Shown: positions 1 to 9,937 of the stretch, piece by piece
Layout: every line of letters begins with the position of its first letter
How positions within the stretch are numbered: position 1 is the stretch's first letter
Virus record (IMG/VR): IMGVR_UViG_3300022602_000025
Direction: 5' to 3' (one strand)
Source of the DNA: a virus
Lineage: Duplodnaviria > Caudoviricetes
Length of the DNA: 64,000 nt
Notes under the pieces: generated by a model
The model's database searches: none
What the model saw: the letters and a program-made list of their open reading frames with translations, nothing else
What the model was told of the DNA's origin: nothing
Made by a program: the position numbers and the translations under genes

Positions 1-114
1 TTGAGCGCCAATTTACCTTTAAGCCACATTAGCTGTACTACGCAAAAACAGGGAAAGTTCGTAGTTAGGGGTCCTTGGATGCCCTGTTAACCACTCAACA
101 AACTATTTAACATT

Positions 115-669
115 ATGTATAACTTTATAAGACAAATAACTGAAGGTAGATTAGGAAAGACACTAGAGCGTGTTAAGCTAGAGTATCCTTTAGATGGGCT
201 GGGCCGAAGCCTGAGCAAGCAAACTATGAACTATCATTACGGCAAGTTATATAAAACCTACTGTGATCGATATAATGCAGGAGAAGGTGACTTAGATTTC
301 AATGAAGCAGGCGCATACTTACACGGAGTATACTTTAGCCAATTTAGATCACCAAAAGGTTCAAACAAACCAGATGGTGCTATATTAGAGCTTATTGAAC
401 AGCATTTTAAATCGTGGGATAAGTTTCAAAAAGAATTTGAAAAGACTGCGATGGCTATACAGGGTAGTGGTTGGGTATATCTGTCAAATGACGGTGAACT
501 TAAAACAATCAAAAATCACGAAATCAAAAAAGATATCTTACTATTAGTTGATTGGTGGGAACATGCGTGGGCATTAGATTATCAAGCAGACAAAGCAGGC
601 TACTTGAATAACTTATGGAAGATCATAGATTGGTCTGTGATCAATAACAGACTAGTAATAAAAACTTGA
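115..669 (+). CDS. sod: Fe/Mn superoxide dismutase
   Basis: Metal-ligand motifs YHYGK, AYLH, GSGW and DWWEHAW. Short N-terminal extension MYNFIRQITE. Confidence 0.93.
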   Translation: MYNFIRQITEGRLGKTLERVKLEYPLDGLGRSLSKQTMNYHYGKLYKTYCDRYNAGEGDLDFNEAGAYLHGVYFSQFRSPKGSNKPDGAILELIEQHFKSWDKFQKEFEKTAMAIQGSGWVYLSNDGELKTIKNHEIKKDILLLVDWWEHAWALDYQADKAGYLNNLWKIIDWSVINNRLVIKT

Positions 670-694
670 TTTAAACTATAAAATACAGTATACT
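666..694 (+). promoter_or_regulatory. sigma70-type early promoter upstream of sufC-like gene
   Basis: TTGATT-17nt-TATACT. Confidence 0.6.
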
Positions 695-700
695 TAATCT

Positions 701-1417
701 ATGCTTAAAATAAAAAAACTATCAGCAGCATCACAAAGCCAGTCAATGTTACAAGACATAAACTTAGAAGTTAAAGCAGGAGAAATCCACGCTGTCATGG
801 GACCTAAGTTTAGTGGAAAATCAGCACTACTACATTCAATACTAGGGCATCCAAATATACAACAAGTAGATGGATCCATTACATTTAACAAGAAAAAAAT
901 ACACGACTTAGAAACTGATGAGCGAGCAAAGCTAGGTATCTTTGTTGGTTGGCAATTTCCTCCAGAGTTTGATAACTTAACAAATTGGGAAATCGTTAGC
1001 AGGCTATACAGTGGAACAGAAAATTTAGATCTAGATTATACTACAGCATGTATGGTGCTAGACTTAGGGTTTGATCACGGAGCAAAACATCCTACCGGTT
1101 TTGAAATGAACATGGGCCAAGCCAAACGTGCTGAACTTGTACACATGTATCTATCAAAACCTTCGCTTGTGCTTATTGACGAAATTGATGTAAACGCAAG
1201 TGCAGAAGAAGTACAATTAATGGCTGCGTTTCTAAAAGATTATATCACACCAGAACGAGCAGGCATAATTACTACTAACAATCAAGAATTCCTAGATATT
1301 ATTCAACCAACACATGTTCATGTAATGAGTGAGGGAGAGATTAAATTATCAGGCGATGCAGAATTATATAAAAGGATCATTAAAGATGGGTATCCAGAGT
1401 TTTCTAAAAGCAACTAA
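701..1417 (+). CDS. sufC: SufC-like ABC ATPase, degenerate
   Basis: Collinear with SufC (GEIHAVMGP..SGKS, GIFVGWQFPPE, LIDEID, QPTHVHVM). Signature, D-loop and H-loop are altered. Confidence 0.8.
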   Translation: MLKIKKLSAASQSQSMLQDINLEVKAGEIHAVMGPKFSGKSALLHSILGHPNIQQVDGSITFNKKKIHDLETDERAKLGIFVGWQFPPEFDNLTNWEIVSRLYSGTENLDLDYTTACMVLDLGFDHGAKHPTGFEMNMGQAKRAELVHMYLSKPSLVLIDEIDVNASAEEVQLMAAFLKDYITPERAGIITTNNQEFLDIIQPTHVHVMSEGEIKLSGDAELYKRIIKDGYPEFSKSN

Positions 1418-2210
1418 AGGTGATCCGGATTGGGCGTTTACTCCAGAACAATATTTTGAGAAAGAATTTAAATTAATCGATGCTAACTTGATAGAATTAG
1501 GTCAAGATAAAACTGATAAGATTATTCTACGCCAAACACCTACAGAAAAAGAAATGCTGGCCAAGCACTTGCGTATTGATGTACGTGAGAACGCTAAACT
1601 AGACGTCACTATTATTAACGAAGCTAGCGATAAATTACAGCAAGTATTCCTTTACGACATCCGTGTACGTGAGGGCGGGCATATTAATCTTGGTGCATTT
1701 ATTAAGGGCGGAAAACTAAACAAACATATTTTCCAAGTAATCCTTGATGATGGTGCTAATTTTAATGCTTATGGATATGCTCATAATGATGTAGGTGGCG
1801 ACTCTGAATTTATTACTAAAATAGAGCATCAAGGTCCTTATAGTGTTAGCAATCAATATTTTGTATCAGAAGCTGGAAAGAATAGTCAAACAGTATTCCA
1901 ATCAATGATCAACATATTCCCTGACGCAAACTACTCGCAAGTTGGCATTGAAAACGAAAACTTAATCACAGGTGATGAAGGCCGTTGTCAAAGTGTCCCT
2001 GAAGTATACAATCATACATCAACATCAAATGTCAGCAACGCAACTGTTACTAACCCTTTGGAAGATGATAAAGTTTACTATCTACAGAGCCGCGGTATTT
2101 CAAAAGCAGATGCTAAAGCTCTACTAATTTCTGCCCACAGAAAAGCAGTGCTAAACATACTACAAAATTCAGAAATTAAAGAAGAAGTTGAGCAACTGTT
2201 AGTAGACTAA
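1386..2210 (+). CDS. SufD/SufB-like beta-helix protein, N-terminally shortened
   Basis: C-terminal YYLQSRGISKADAKALLI is typical of SufB/SufD, and the gene is adjacent to sufC. The ATG at 1386 is preferred over 1329. Confidence 0.75.
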   Translation: MGIQSFLKATKGDPDWAFTPEQYFEKEFKLIDANLIELGQDKTDKIILRQTPTEKEMLAKHLRIDVRENAKLDVTIINEASDKLQQVFLYDIRVREGGHINLGAFIKGGKLNKHIFQVILDDGANFNAYGYAHNDVGGDSEFITKIEHQGPYSVSNQYFVSEAGKNSQTVFQSMINIFPDANYSQVGIENENLITGDEGRCQSVPEVYNHTSTSNVSNATVTNPLEDDKVYYLQSRGISKADAKALLISAHRKAVLNILQNSEIKEEVEQLLVD

Positions 2211-2494
2211 AGTTTACTAATATCATCTGTACTACTTGCAGGTTTATCCCAGATAAATCTGCGCTCTACGCCCTTACGCTGGGCAAAACGCTTTGAATCG
2301 CACTTAGAGCAACAATGGAAATAGGCATTACTGCGCCTTTTAGTTTCCATCTTTGCTTGCGGTCTTTCAAACAGCTCATTACAGCTATCACAGCGAAATA
2401 CTACAATGGTCTTTACCCTTTTGTGGCTATGAACCTTACCTAGTTTGCTAGCTCGCTGATATTCAGTGGTTATTTTCTTTGTTGTGATGAACAT
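2207..2494 (-). CDS. small basic putative zinc-binding protein
   Basis: CDSC and CCSKC motifs. TAAATA lies 4 nt upstream of the ATG on the - strand. Confidence 0.65.
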   Translation of the reverse strand: MFITTKKITTEYQRASKLGKVHSHKRVKTIVVFRCDSCNELFERPQAKMETKRRSNAYFHCCSKCDSKRFAQRKGVERRFIWDKPASSTDDISKL

Positions 2495-2498
2495 TGAT

Positions 2499-2534
2499 TA
2501 TTTACATTGTGGTTACAAAAATCTTTGGTAAATA
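2499..2534. promoter_or_regulatory. back-to-back T4-type late promoters
   Basis: TAAATA on - at 2499-2504 and on + at 2529-2534, each just upstream of a gene start. Confidence 0.6.
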
Positions 2535-2563
2535 ACACAAAGTAACCCGCTCGGAGCGAATCA

Positions 2564-5500
2564 ATGGCAAATAAAGAATATATTAACGTAGGTAGTCAAT
2601 CAAACGACGGTACTGGTGACAGTATACGTGACGCATTTAGTAAAGTAAACACAAACTTCGATACCCTGTTTAACGTAGCAGGACTAGGAAATGGACTAAG
2701 AATCAAAGGTGGTTTTTCTGATGGTCCTACCGGATATAATACACAATCAGTCTTATTAACAGACGCATTAGGTACAACTGTAACCCAAGCTACAATCGTT
2801 GGTGGTACTGGAATTGGTATTAACTACGACTTTGCCGCTGGCACTATTACGTTAACTAACAATAGAAGTTCACTAAGTTCAGATCCAAATCCTACTTTAT
2901 CCGCAAATCTAAGCGGAAACTATACTTACAGAGCTGTAGATTTTGCCAATCCAGCTGCTGATCAAGACTTAGTTACAAGACGCTGGATATATGACAACTT
3001 CTTAAATCGCGATAGTAACTATGTTTACGAAAGCGGAATTCCTCCAACAACTAGCACAGTATTTGGCGGTAGCACACTTCGCCAAAATATTAGTTTATTA
3101 ACTACAGCAACAAGTTCAACACACTTAGTCAACAAAGCCTATGCTGATGGTAAAGTATCATTAGCTGGTATTAGTGCGATTGATCCTGCTACAGGATCTA
3201 CTAATACATCATTTGGACAAATGACTGGTGCATTACAATTATTTAGAAATCCAAATTCAGGTGACAGCTACTTAACAGCCGCTACCATGGGGTACGTTGA
3301 CAACAATACCTATTGGAGTGATAACAACATCTATGTTAACACTAAAGGTAGCGACTATCAGCCAACAGTACCAAGCGGACGACGTGGCCGTAATAGCCAA
3401 TATGCGTTTGCTACGATCAACAAAGCGGCACGTTATGCAGAAGCATTACAAAATGCAGCCAAAATTGAAGTTGGTGATTATGCACGTCTAATTACCTATG
3501 CCAACGGGCAGGCCGCTACTGTAAGTTCTACTGTAAACAACTACGGTGGAAGCAAACTAACACAATTAAATTTAAATGTAGGAACTGTTGGATCAGACCA
3601 ATTCGGTTCTGTGTCTCCAGGTAACTACACTATTTTCCCTGGACAATATATCCAAGGTGTCGAAAGCGGCGCTCTTGCACTTATTGAAAATATTGCTAAA
3701 TCATCATTTAGTGGCGCTCCAGAAGTATACACCATCCAATATGTTGATTACGCTATCGGCTTCAACACAGACATCATTGCCAGCAATCCACTAAACTCTG
3801 GTACTGTAGCATTTACATTCGTCAGTTTAGAAACTGCACCTATCCCTGATTTCTGGGTAGGCTATCAGTTCTATACTGATACAGGGGTTCCAAACGGTAC
3901 GATCGTAAGTGTACAATCAACAGCTGACTTCCAAGGTAACTATCACGATTCTTTTGTTGTAGAATTTACTTCAGGAGCACCTACTTCAGGAACTATTTCA
4001 AACGGCACATGGCACGTTTATTCAGGCGACCTACAGGCAAACGAACAAGTAGTTTATAATACCAACGTAAGTTCATATCAGATTAGTCTTATTTTAGAGT
4101 CAGGTGAATACTACGAACAGTATCCAATTAAACTTCCACCTAATACTTCTATCCGCGGTGATGAATTCCGCCGTTGTATTATTCGTCCTGCATACGGTGC
4201 ATCAGGAAGTAAGTGGGCTAACACATATTTCAAACGTGATACACAGATTGACGGACTACAGATTGCCGCACTTAACAGCGGAACTAACTATGCTAGCACA
4301 GGAAGCATAGCAAACGCATCAGTATCCTTAACTGGTAGTAATGGTAGCATCACTGTTGCTGTAAGTACAGGTACAGTATCATCTACACTAACAAACTTCA
4401 TGTTTGTTGGTAATGGCGGACAAGGTGTTATTACCGCTGTCAACGGAAGTAGTTTTTCTGTTACTGTTGATAACAACGGATTGACTAGTGCTAGTTCTAT
4501 TCCAGCAGGTAGCTGGGCAATTTACAAACCATATAACTTTGGTTATCACTATCTACGTGATCCAAGCCGTCCAATTAACGTTGGTAACACACAAACCAAC
4601 TACGGCGGATACGCAAGTGCGGCTGCATTGTTAACAGAAAATAGACAGTTTATTCAAGCACAGACTGTTGCGTATGTTAATGCGATTACTTCTGGAACTA
4701 ACTTCCAATACAATCAAGTGTTATGCTATCGTGACGCAGGATTAATTGTTGATAGTTTAGTATACGACTTAACCTACGGTGGTTATGGACAAAGTACAGT
4801 CGCAGGTGATTCATATGCTAACGTAACCGCTGTACAGTCTGGAGAGTTGACTACAACTACCGCTGCCATTGCGTTCATTGGCACACTTTCACAACAGATC
4901 ATACAGAATCAAAGCGTAACCTTATATCAGAATACAGTAACACAAACTATTGATACAACATACACAGCAGAGTCTGGCTCTGGTGTAGTGCTTGCTGATA
5001 TGGTTAATGTTATTAACAAGATCCTAAACAAGGAAGCAGATCTAAACTTACCAAAACTAAACAGCGAAATGGATGTGTTCTTAATGAACGATGCAACCAT
5101 GGTTCGTTATGTTAGCTGTCAAAACCATGGCGGCTTCATGGAAGTTCTCGATCCTGTTGGCCAGATTAAAAATAAATCACCTTACACACAGACCTGTTCG
5201 TCATTTAGTCAAAGTAATGCTAAACAACGTTTTGCAGGTGGTATGTACTGTGACGGCTTTGCTGGTAACGTACTAGCAACTCCAACAACTTCAACACTGA
5301 CAACTCCTATACTGTTCCCAGTTAACGGACTATTACGTAGACCACAGGTTCCAACATTCTTTAATGTAAATGGTATACGCTATGAAGTTGACTTCTTTAG
5401 CAACTATACTCCAGATGTTATTTTACCAACAGGTGAACAAACATACAAAGCTACATTAAATCTAAGTCCAATTAAACTTGGAGGTTTGACTTTAGGCGCA

Positions 5501-8500
5501 ACTGTTGTAACTGATTTGATCGGCGGCTTCCAACCTAACCAAACATACATACCTGTTACATTTAGTTCTCCAACTGCTGTAGGTGGATCAAAAGCCCAGG
5601 GTTATGTTCAAACAAATAGTGCTGGTAAGGTTTATAACTTTGTTATAACTTTCCCAGGTGTTGGATATTCAACCGCTCCAACAGTAACTATCGGTGGTGC
5701 GGTTATTAACAACCTTGTGATCAGCACAGGTGGTGCTATTACATCATTTAATATTGCATCAGGCGGACAAGGTTATTCAACAGGCACAACGATTACAATT
5801 AATCCTATCGGAACTACTACTGTTAATACAGCGACAGCTCAAGTAACAGCGGTTAATACAGTAACTGGTGCTATCACATCAGCTACAATTATTTCAGGTG
5901 GTACTAACTGGGCTAGCAATATCAGTTACAATGTAGTATATGGTAACGTTTCATTACCAGTACCAACTCCAGTTCCAGGCTTCTTAGATAATGTACCTGC
6001 ACAGATTGAATTACAAACAGCTGGTAACCGTAGTATGTTGGCCAATGACTTTACACAGGTCAACGATTTAGGTTATGGTATCTTTATTAATAACGGTGGC
6101 TTCGCTGAAAACGTTTCAATGTTTACATACTACAACCATGTATCGTATTACTCATTGAATGGTTCACAAATTCGTTCTACTACAGGTTCAAGCTGTTACG
6201 GTGACTACGGTCTACGTGCTGAAGGTTCAGATCCTAATGAAGTTCCGACAGCAGCTAACTTATCATATGCGTTGACACAAGCTGTTGGTGCTTATGTAAG
6301 TTCTCCATCATACACAGCACTTCTTGGTGCAACTACAATTTATGTCCTTGTTGATTTAGTAAACGGAGGCTTCCCTCCATACAGCAGTGGACAGATGGAA
6401 ATCAACCATCACGGTGTTATCCAGAACTACACAATTAATGCCGCAAGCCAAATATTAGATGGCAGTGGAAATCCATTAACATCAGGCGGTAAGTATGTTT
6501 ACCAAATAACATTCGGTCCAGTTGGGTTGATTGATAACGTTGATAGCACAACTCCAATCGTACTACGTGCCACTGACGTATTCAAGTTGAATGGATTTAA
6601 TCCAGCGGCATTTAGTCGTCCTGCAACTGTACTAACATTCAATGATGATCCTACAACAATCTATCACGTAACTGATTACAGTTCAGTACAAACTGACAAC
6701 GCTGTATTCTCATACACTAGCGAAAATTATAATTACATCACATTTAGTACACAGAATCAAGGTGTAAATTATATTCCAATCGCTAACTCAGGTACACTCT
6801 ATACTACCGCTACTGTAACAATTAGTACAACAACATTATCACAAAACGTTACTAAGACAGTTAACGGTACACAAGGTAGTGCATTGTCAGGTGTTCAATA
6901 CCTAGCATTGACTACTTCATCTGGTACTCCAGTTGTTGGACAAGTTGTTAGCGGAACTGGTATTACAACAGGAACTGTTGTAACATTCTTTAATACAACT
7001 ACTCAGATCGTTGGTCTAAGTGTATCAACCGCAGCTTCTGTTGCCGGTGGTACAACTTTAACATTTACAAGTGTAAGACCTTCTGCAAGCGTAAAAATTA
7101 ATGGTGCAGGTAATATTGCAGGCATTACAGTAACTCCTGGCGCCGGTTGGGTTGGTACCACTACTACTGTTGCACTAACAGGAACTACTACAGGCGTTGG
7201 TGCTATTATTCCAACTAACATCAATATCGCAGGTAATGTCGGATCTAAGACGCTCCAAATCAGTAACTTAGATGCCAAGAGTGCCGCAAGAATTGCAAAC
7301 GGTTTAGCCGCAAGCACTCCTTACTATTATGAGTTTGGTGTTAACGGACAAAAATTTAAGATCCTTGCATATCGTAGCACAAGCGTAACTGGCCAGACAT
7401 GGGCAGAAATTGATGTCGACCAAGCGATCGCTGTTGCTATCAAACCAGGAATGACTTTACAAGCTGGCTTACCTAGCAACGGTTCTGCGGCAATCACAGT
7501 TATTATTTCTCTATGCCGTGTAACAGGACATGACTTCGTTGACGTAGGTACAGGTGGTTATGCAACTACTCGTATTCCAAACGACTTATACGGACCTCCA
7601 ATTATTAGTCCTGATCAAACTAAGGAAGTAATTGAAGTAGGCAAAGGTCGTGTATTCTATGTGTCTACTGACCAAGACGGTAACTTCCGTGTTGGTAGTG
7701 CTTTCCGTGTTGATCAATCACAAGGTACAGTTACTATTAGTGCTCCGTTAGATTTGACAAACTTAACTAGTTTGAGTTTGAAGAAAGATCTTGGACCAGC
7801 TATTACACAATTTACTATTGATGATACATTAGACGGATCAAGTCCAACTAACCAATTTGTTCCAACTGAACTAGCTGTTGTTAACTATATCAGCAGACGT
7901 TTAGGTATTGACCAAAACGGTAACGTTTATGCTGGATCTCCATTAGGACCACAGTTCTTAGCACGTAGTGGTGTGTTGCCAATGACTGGCTCAATTGACA
8001 TGGGTACACATAATATTGTTAACCTTGCTGCGCCGCGCCTAAGTTATGGTACTGACGCTGTTAACAAGAACTATGCAGATACTAAGATTAGTAACGCAGG
8101 TACTGCCGCTCTTGATGTTGATGGTTCTACACACGTTCCTAACTGGGGTGTAATGACTGGATCACTACAATTATCTAATGATCCATTTGTAGTTACAACT
8201 AGTGCAACTACTCAAGCTGTTAGCGGATTGTTCACAATCACTTTAGCAACTGTAACTGGTGTTACATTAGAAAATCAAGTTAACGCACCTGGTATAACTC
8301 CAGGTAGCTATATCACTCAGATTGATTATGTAAACAAAGTTATCACGTTGAATCAAGCGATTGCAACAACTATCACTCCATCAACAACTATTACGATTGA
8401 TCCTGTAGTGCAGGCCGCAACAAAACGTTACGTTGATAAACAAAGTCAATTCAATCAGCTACGTGATGTTTCAGTAAGCACAGCGACTGATACTGATTTA

Positions 8501-9937
8501 GTAATGTTTGCAGGTCCTATCGCTGTTAGTACAACAACTAACCCTGCTGTATATAATACTGCAACTAGAGTTGTTAATGTAACAAACAATACAGCTGCTA
8601 TCACAAACACATCATCTGCAAATGGTGGCGGTAGTGATGTAACATTAGCACGTACTGGCAATCAAGTAACTATTAAACTAGTCGGTGGTCAAGGTAGTGC
8701 TAACCCAATTACAGACTACCATGTAAACAATAATGCGGCTATCCAACAAAGTAAGTTGGCTATGAATGCCGCAACTACTCGTGCTAGTTCATCAGGAATT
8801 ACACAAGCTAACTTAGGTCTATCAAGTTTTGATAGTTCATTGTTTGCCGCAACTAACGGATGGGTAACATTAAACCTAGCAAACAATCTTTCACCGACAA
8901 CTGATATTGCTTATAACTTAGGTTCGTCAGGATTCCGTTGGGGTAACTTATTTGTTAACACAGCAACTATCAGCAGTAATTTAAATGTTGCAGGTGGATT
9001 AGTAACTACTAATACTTCATTCAACTTGTTAAATGCTACAGCAACTACAATTAACTTTGGTGGTGCTGGTACAGCGATCCGCATTGGTGCAAATACAGGT
9101 TGGACAAATATCAACAACCTTACAACAATCACTAATACAGCTAATGCTACTACTGTAACTAATGGTGCATTAAATGTTGTCGGTGGTTTAGGTGTACAAA
9201 AAGATGCGTACTTTGGCGGCCAGTTATATGTAGGAGGTAGTCCAGTACTAACTTATGCTAACTATACTCCAGGTGGTGTACAACAATTACTTGCAGGTCC
9301 TAATATTGCATTGAACCCAACAAGCGGTACAGGAACTGTAACTATAAGTGTAACAGGACAGTTAGGTGTTCCAACTGTAATTGGCTCGGCTAATCAGATT
9401 TTAGTAAATGGTTCAAGCGGGTCAACTTCAACTACAGCAACATTTACACTATCGCCAACACTTGATATTACTGTACAAAACTTACGTTCAGTTAGTGGCG
9501 GTGCTACTGTATATGGTACATGGACGTTAGCTAGCGGTGCTACTTTCCAAGCAACATACGCTGACTTGGCAGAGTGGTACACATCAGATGATTTCTACGA
9601 ACCAGGTACTGTGTTAATATTTGGTGGTGTTGCTGAAGTAACTGTAACAGCAGTAAGTAACGATTCAAGAGTTGCAGGTGTTGTAACAACTGATCCAGCT
9701 TATGTAATGAACGCAGGTATATCTACAGGTACAGCAGCTTGTATAGCATTACAAGGTCGTGTACCAGTTAAGGTTATCGGTGTTGTACGTAAAGGAGATT
9801 TACTAACAACTTCACTTACACCAGGATATGCAACTAAGGCAATGAACCCAACAGTAGGTACTATCATTGGTAAGGCATTAGCAGATAAAACAGACCCAGG
9901 AATGGGAATTATTGAAGTAGCTATAGGAAGAATGTAA
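2564..9937 (+). CDS. giant tail fibre / baseplate protein (2457 aa)
   Basis: T4 gp9/gp10-like N-terminus INVGSQSNDGTGDSIRDAF. Pectin-lyase-like entry motif SGEYYEQYPIKLPPNTSIRGDEFRR. Thr/Gly/Ser-rich body. C-terminal YADLAE...GRVPVKV intramolecular-chaperone-like domain. Confidence 0.8.
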   Translation: MANKEYINVGSQSNDGTGDSIRDAFSKVNTNFDTLFNVAGLGNGLRIKGGFSDGPTGYNTQSVLLTDALGTTVTQATIVGGTGIGINYDFAAGTITLTNNRSSLSSDPNPTLSANLSGNYTYRAVDFANPAADQDLVTRRWIYDNFLNRDSNYVYESGIPPTTSTVFGGSTLRQNISLLTTATSSTHLVNKAYADGKVSLAGISAIDPATGSTNTSFGQMTGALQLFRNPNSGDSYLTAATMGYVDNNTYWSDNNIYVNTKGSDYQPTVPSGRRGRNSQYAFATINKAARYAEALQNAAKIEVGDYARLITYANGQAATVSSTVNNYGGSKLTQLNLNVGTVGSDQFGSVSPGNYTIFPGQYIQGVESGALALIENIAKSSFSGAPEVYTIQYVDYAIGFNTDIIASNPLNSGTVAFTFVSLETAPIPDFWVGYQFYTDTGVPNGTIVSVQSTADFQGNYHDSFVVEFTSGAPTSGTISNGTWHVYSGDLQANEQVVYNTNVSSYQISLILESGEYYEQYPIKLPPNTSIRGDEFRRCIIRPAYGASGSKWANTYFKRDTQIDGLQIAALNSGTNYASTGSIANASVSLTGSNGSITVAVSTGTVSSTLTNFMFVGNGGQGVITAVNGSSFSVTVDNNGLTSASSIPAGSWAIYKPYNFGYHYLRDPSRPINVGNTQTNYGGYASAAALLTENRQFIQAQTVAYVNAITSGTNFQYNQVLCYRDAGLIVDSLVYDLTYGGYGQSTVAGDSYANVTAVQSGELTTTTAAIAFIGTLSQQIIQNQSVTLYQNTVTQTIDTTYTAESGSGVVLADMVNVINKILNKEADLNLPKLNSEMDVFLMNDATMVRYVSCQNHGGFMEVLDPVGQIKNKSPYTQTCSSFSQSNAKQRFAGGMYCDGFAGNVLATPTTSTLTTPILFPVNGLLRRPQVPTFFNVNGIRYEVDFFSNYTPDVILPTGEQTYKATLNLSPIKLGGLTLGATVVTDLIGGFQPNQTYIPVTFSSPTAVGGSKAQGYVQTNSAGKVYNFVITFPGVGYSTAPTVTIGGAVINNLVISTGGAITSFNIASGGQGYSTGTTITINPIGTTTVNTATAQVTAVNTVTGAITSATIISGGTNWASNISYNVVYGNVSLPVPTPVPGFLDNVPAQIELQTAGNRSMLANDFTQVNDLGYGIFINNGGFAENVSMFTYYNHVSYYSLNGSQIRSTTGSSCYGDYGLRAEGSDPNEVPTAANLSYALTQAVGAYVSSPSYTALLGATTIYVLVDLVNGGFPPYSSGQMEINHHGVIQNYTINAASQILDGSGNPLTSGGKYVYQITFGPVGLIDNVDSTTPIVLRATDVFKLNGFNPAAFSRPATVLTFNDDPTTIYHVTDYSSVQTDNAVFSYTSENYNYITFSTQNQGVNYIPIANSGTLYTTATVTISTTTLSQNVTKTVNGTQGSALSGVQYLALTTSSGTPVVGQVVSGTGITTGTVVTFFNTTTQIVGLSVSTAASVAGGTTLTFTSVRPSASVKINGAGNIAGITVTPGAGWVGTTTTVALTGTTTGVGAIIPTNINIAGNVGSKTLQISNLDAKSAARIANGLAASTPYYYEFGVNGQKFKILAYRSTSVTGQTWAEIDVDQAIAVAIKPGMTLQAGLPSNGSAAITVIISLCRVTGHDFVDVGTGGYATTRIPNDLYGPPIISPDQTKEVIEVGKGRVFYVSTDQDGNFRVGSAFRVDQSQGTVTISAPLDLTNLTSLSLKKDLGPAITQFTIDDTLDGSSPTNQFVPTELAVVNYISRRLGIDQNGNVYAGSPLGPQFLARSGVLPMTGSIDMGTHNIVNLAAPRLSYGTDAVNKNYADTKISNAGTAALDVDGSTHVPNWGVMTGSLQLSNDPFVVTTSATTQAVSGLFTITLATVTGVTLENQVNAPGITPGSYITQIDYVNKVITLNQAIATTITPSTTITIDPVVQAATKRYVDKQSQFNQLRDVSVSTATDTDLVMFAGPIAVSTTTNPAVYNTATRVVNVTNNTAAITNTSSANGGGSDVTLARTGNQVTIKLVGGQGSANPITDYHVNNNAAIQQSKLAMNAATTRASSSGITQANLGLSSFDSSLFAATNGWVTLNLANNLSPTTDIAYNLGSSGFRWGNLFVNTATISSNLNVAGGLVTTNTSFNLLNATATTINFGGAGTAIRIGANTGWTNINNLTTITNTANATTVTNGALNVVGGLGVQKDAYFGGQLYVGGSPVLTYANYTPGGVQQLLAGPNIALNPTSGTGTVTISVTGQLGVPTVIGSANQILVNGSSGSTSTTATFTLSPTLDITVQNLRSVSGGATVYGTWTLASGATFQATYADLAEWYTSDDFYEPGTVLIFGGVAEVTVTAVSNDSRVAGVVTTDPAYVMNAGISTGTAACIALQGRVPVKVIGVVRKGDLLTTSLTPGYATKAMNPTVGTIIGKALADKTDPGMGIIEVAIGRM

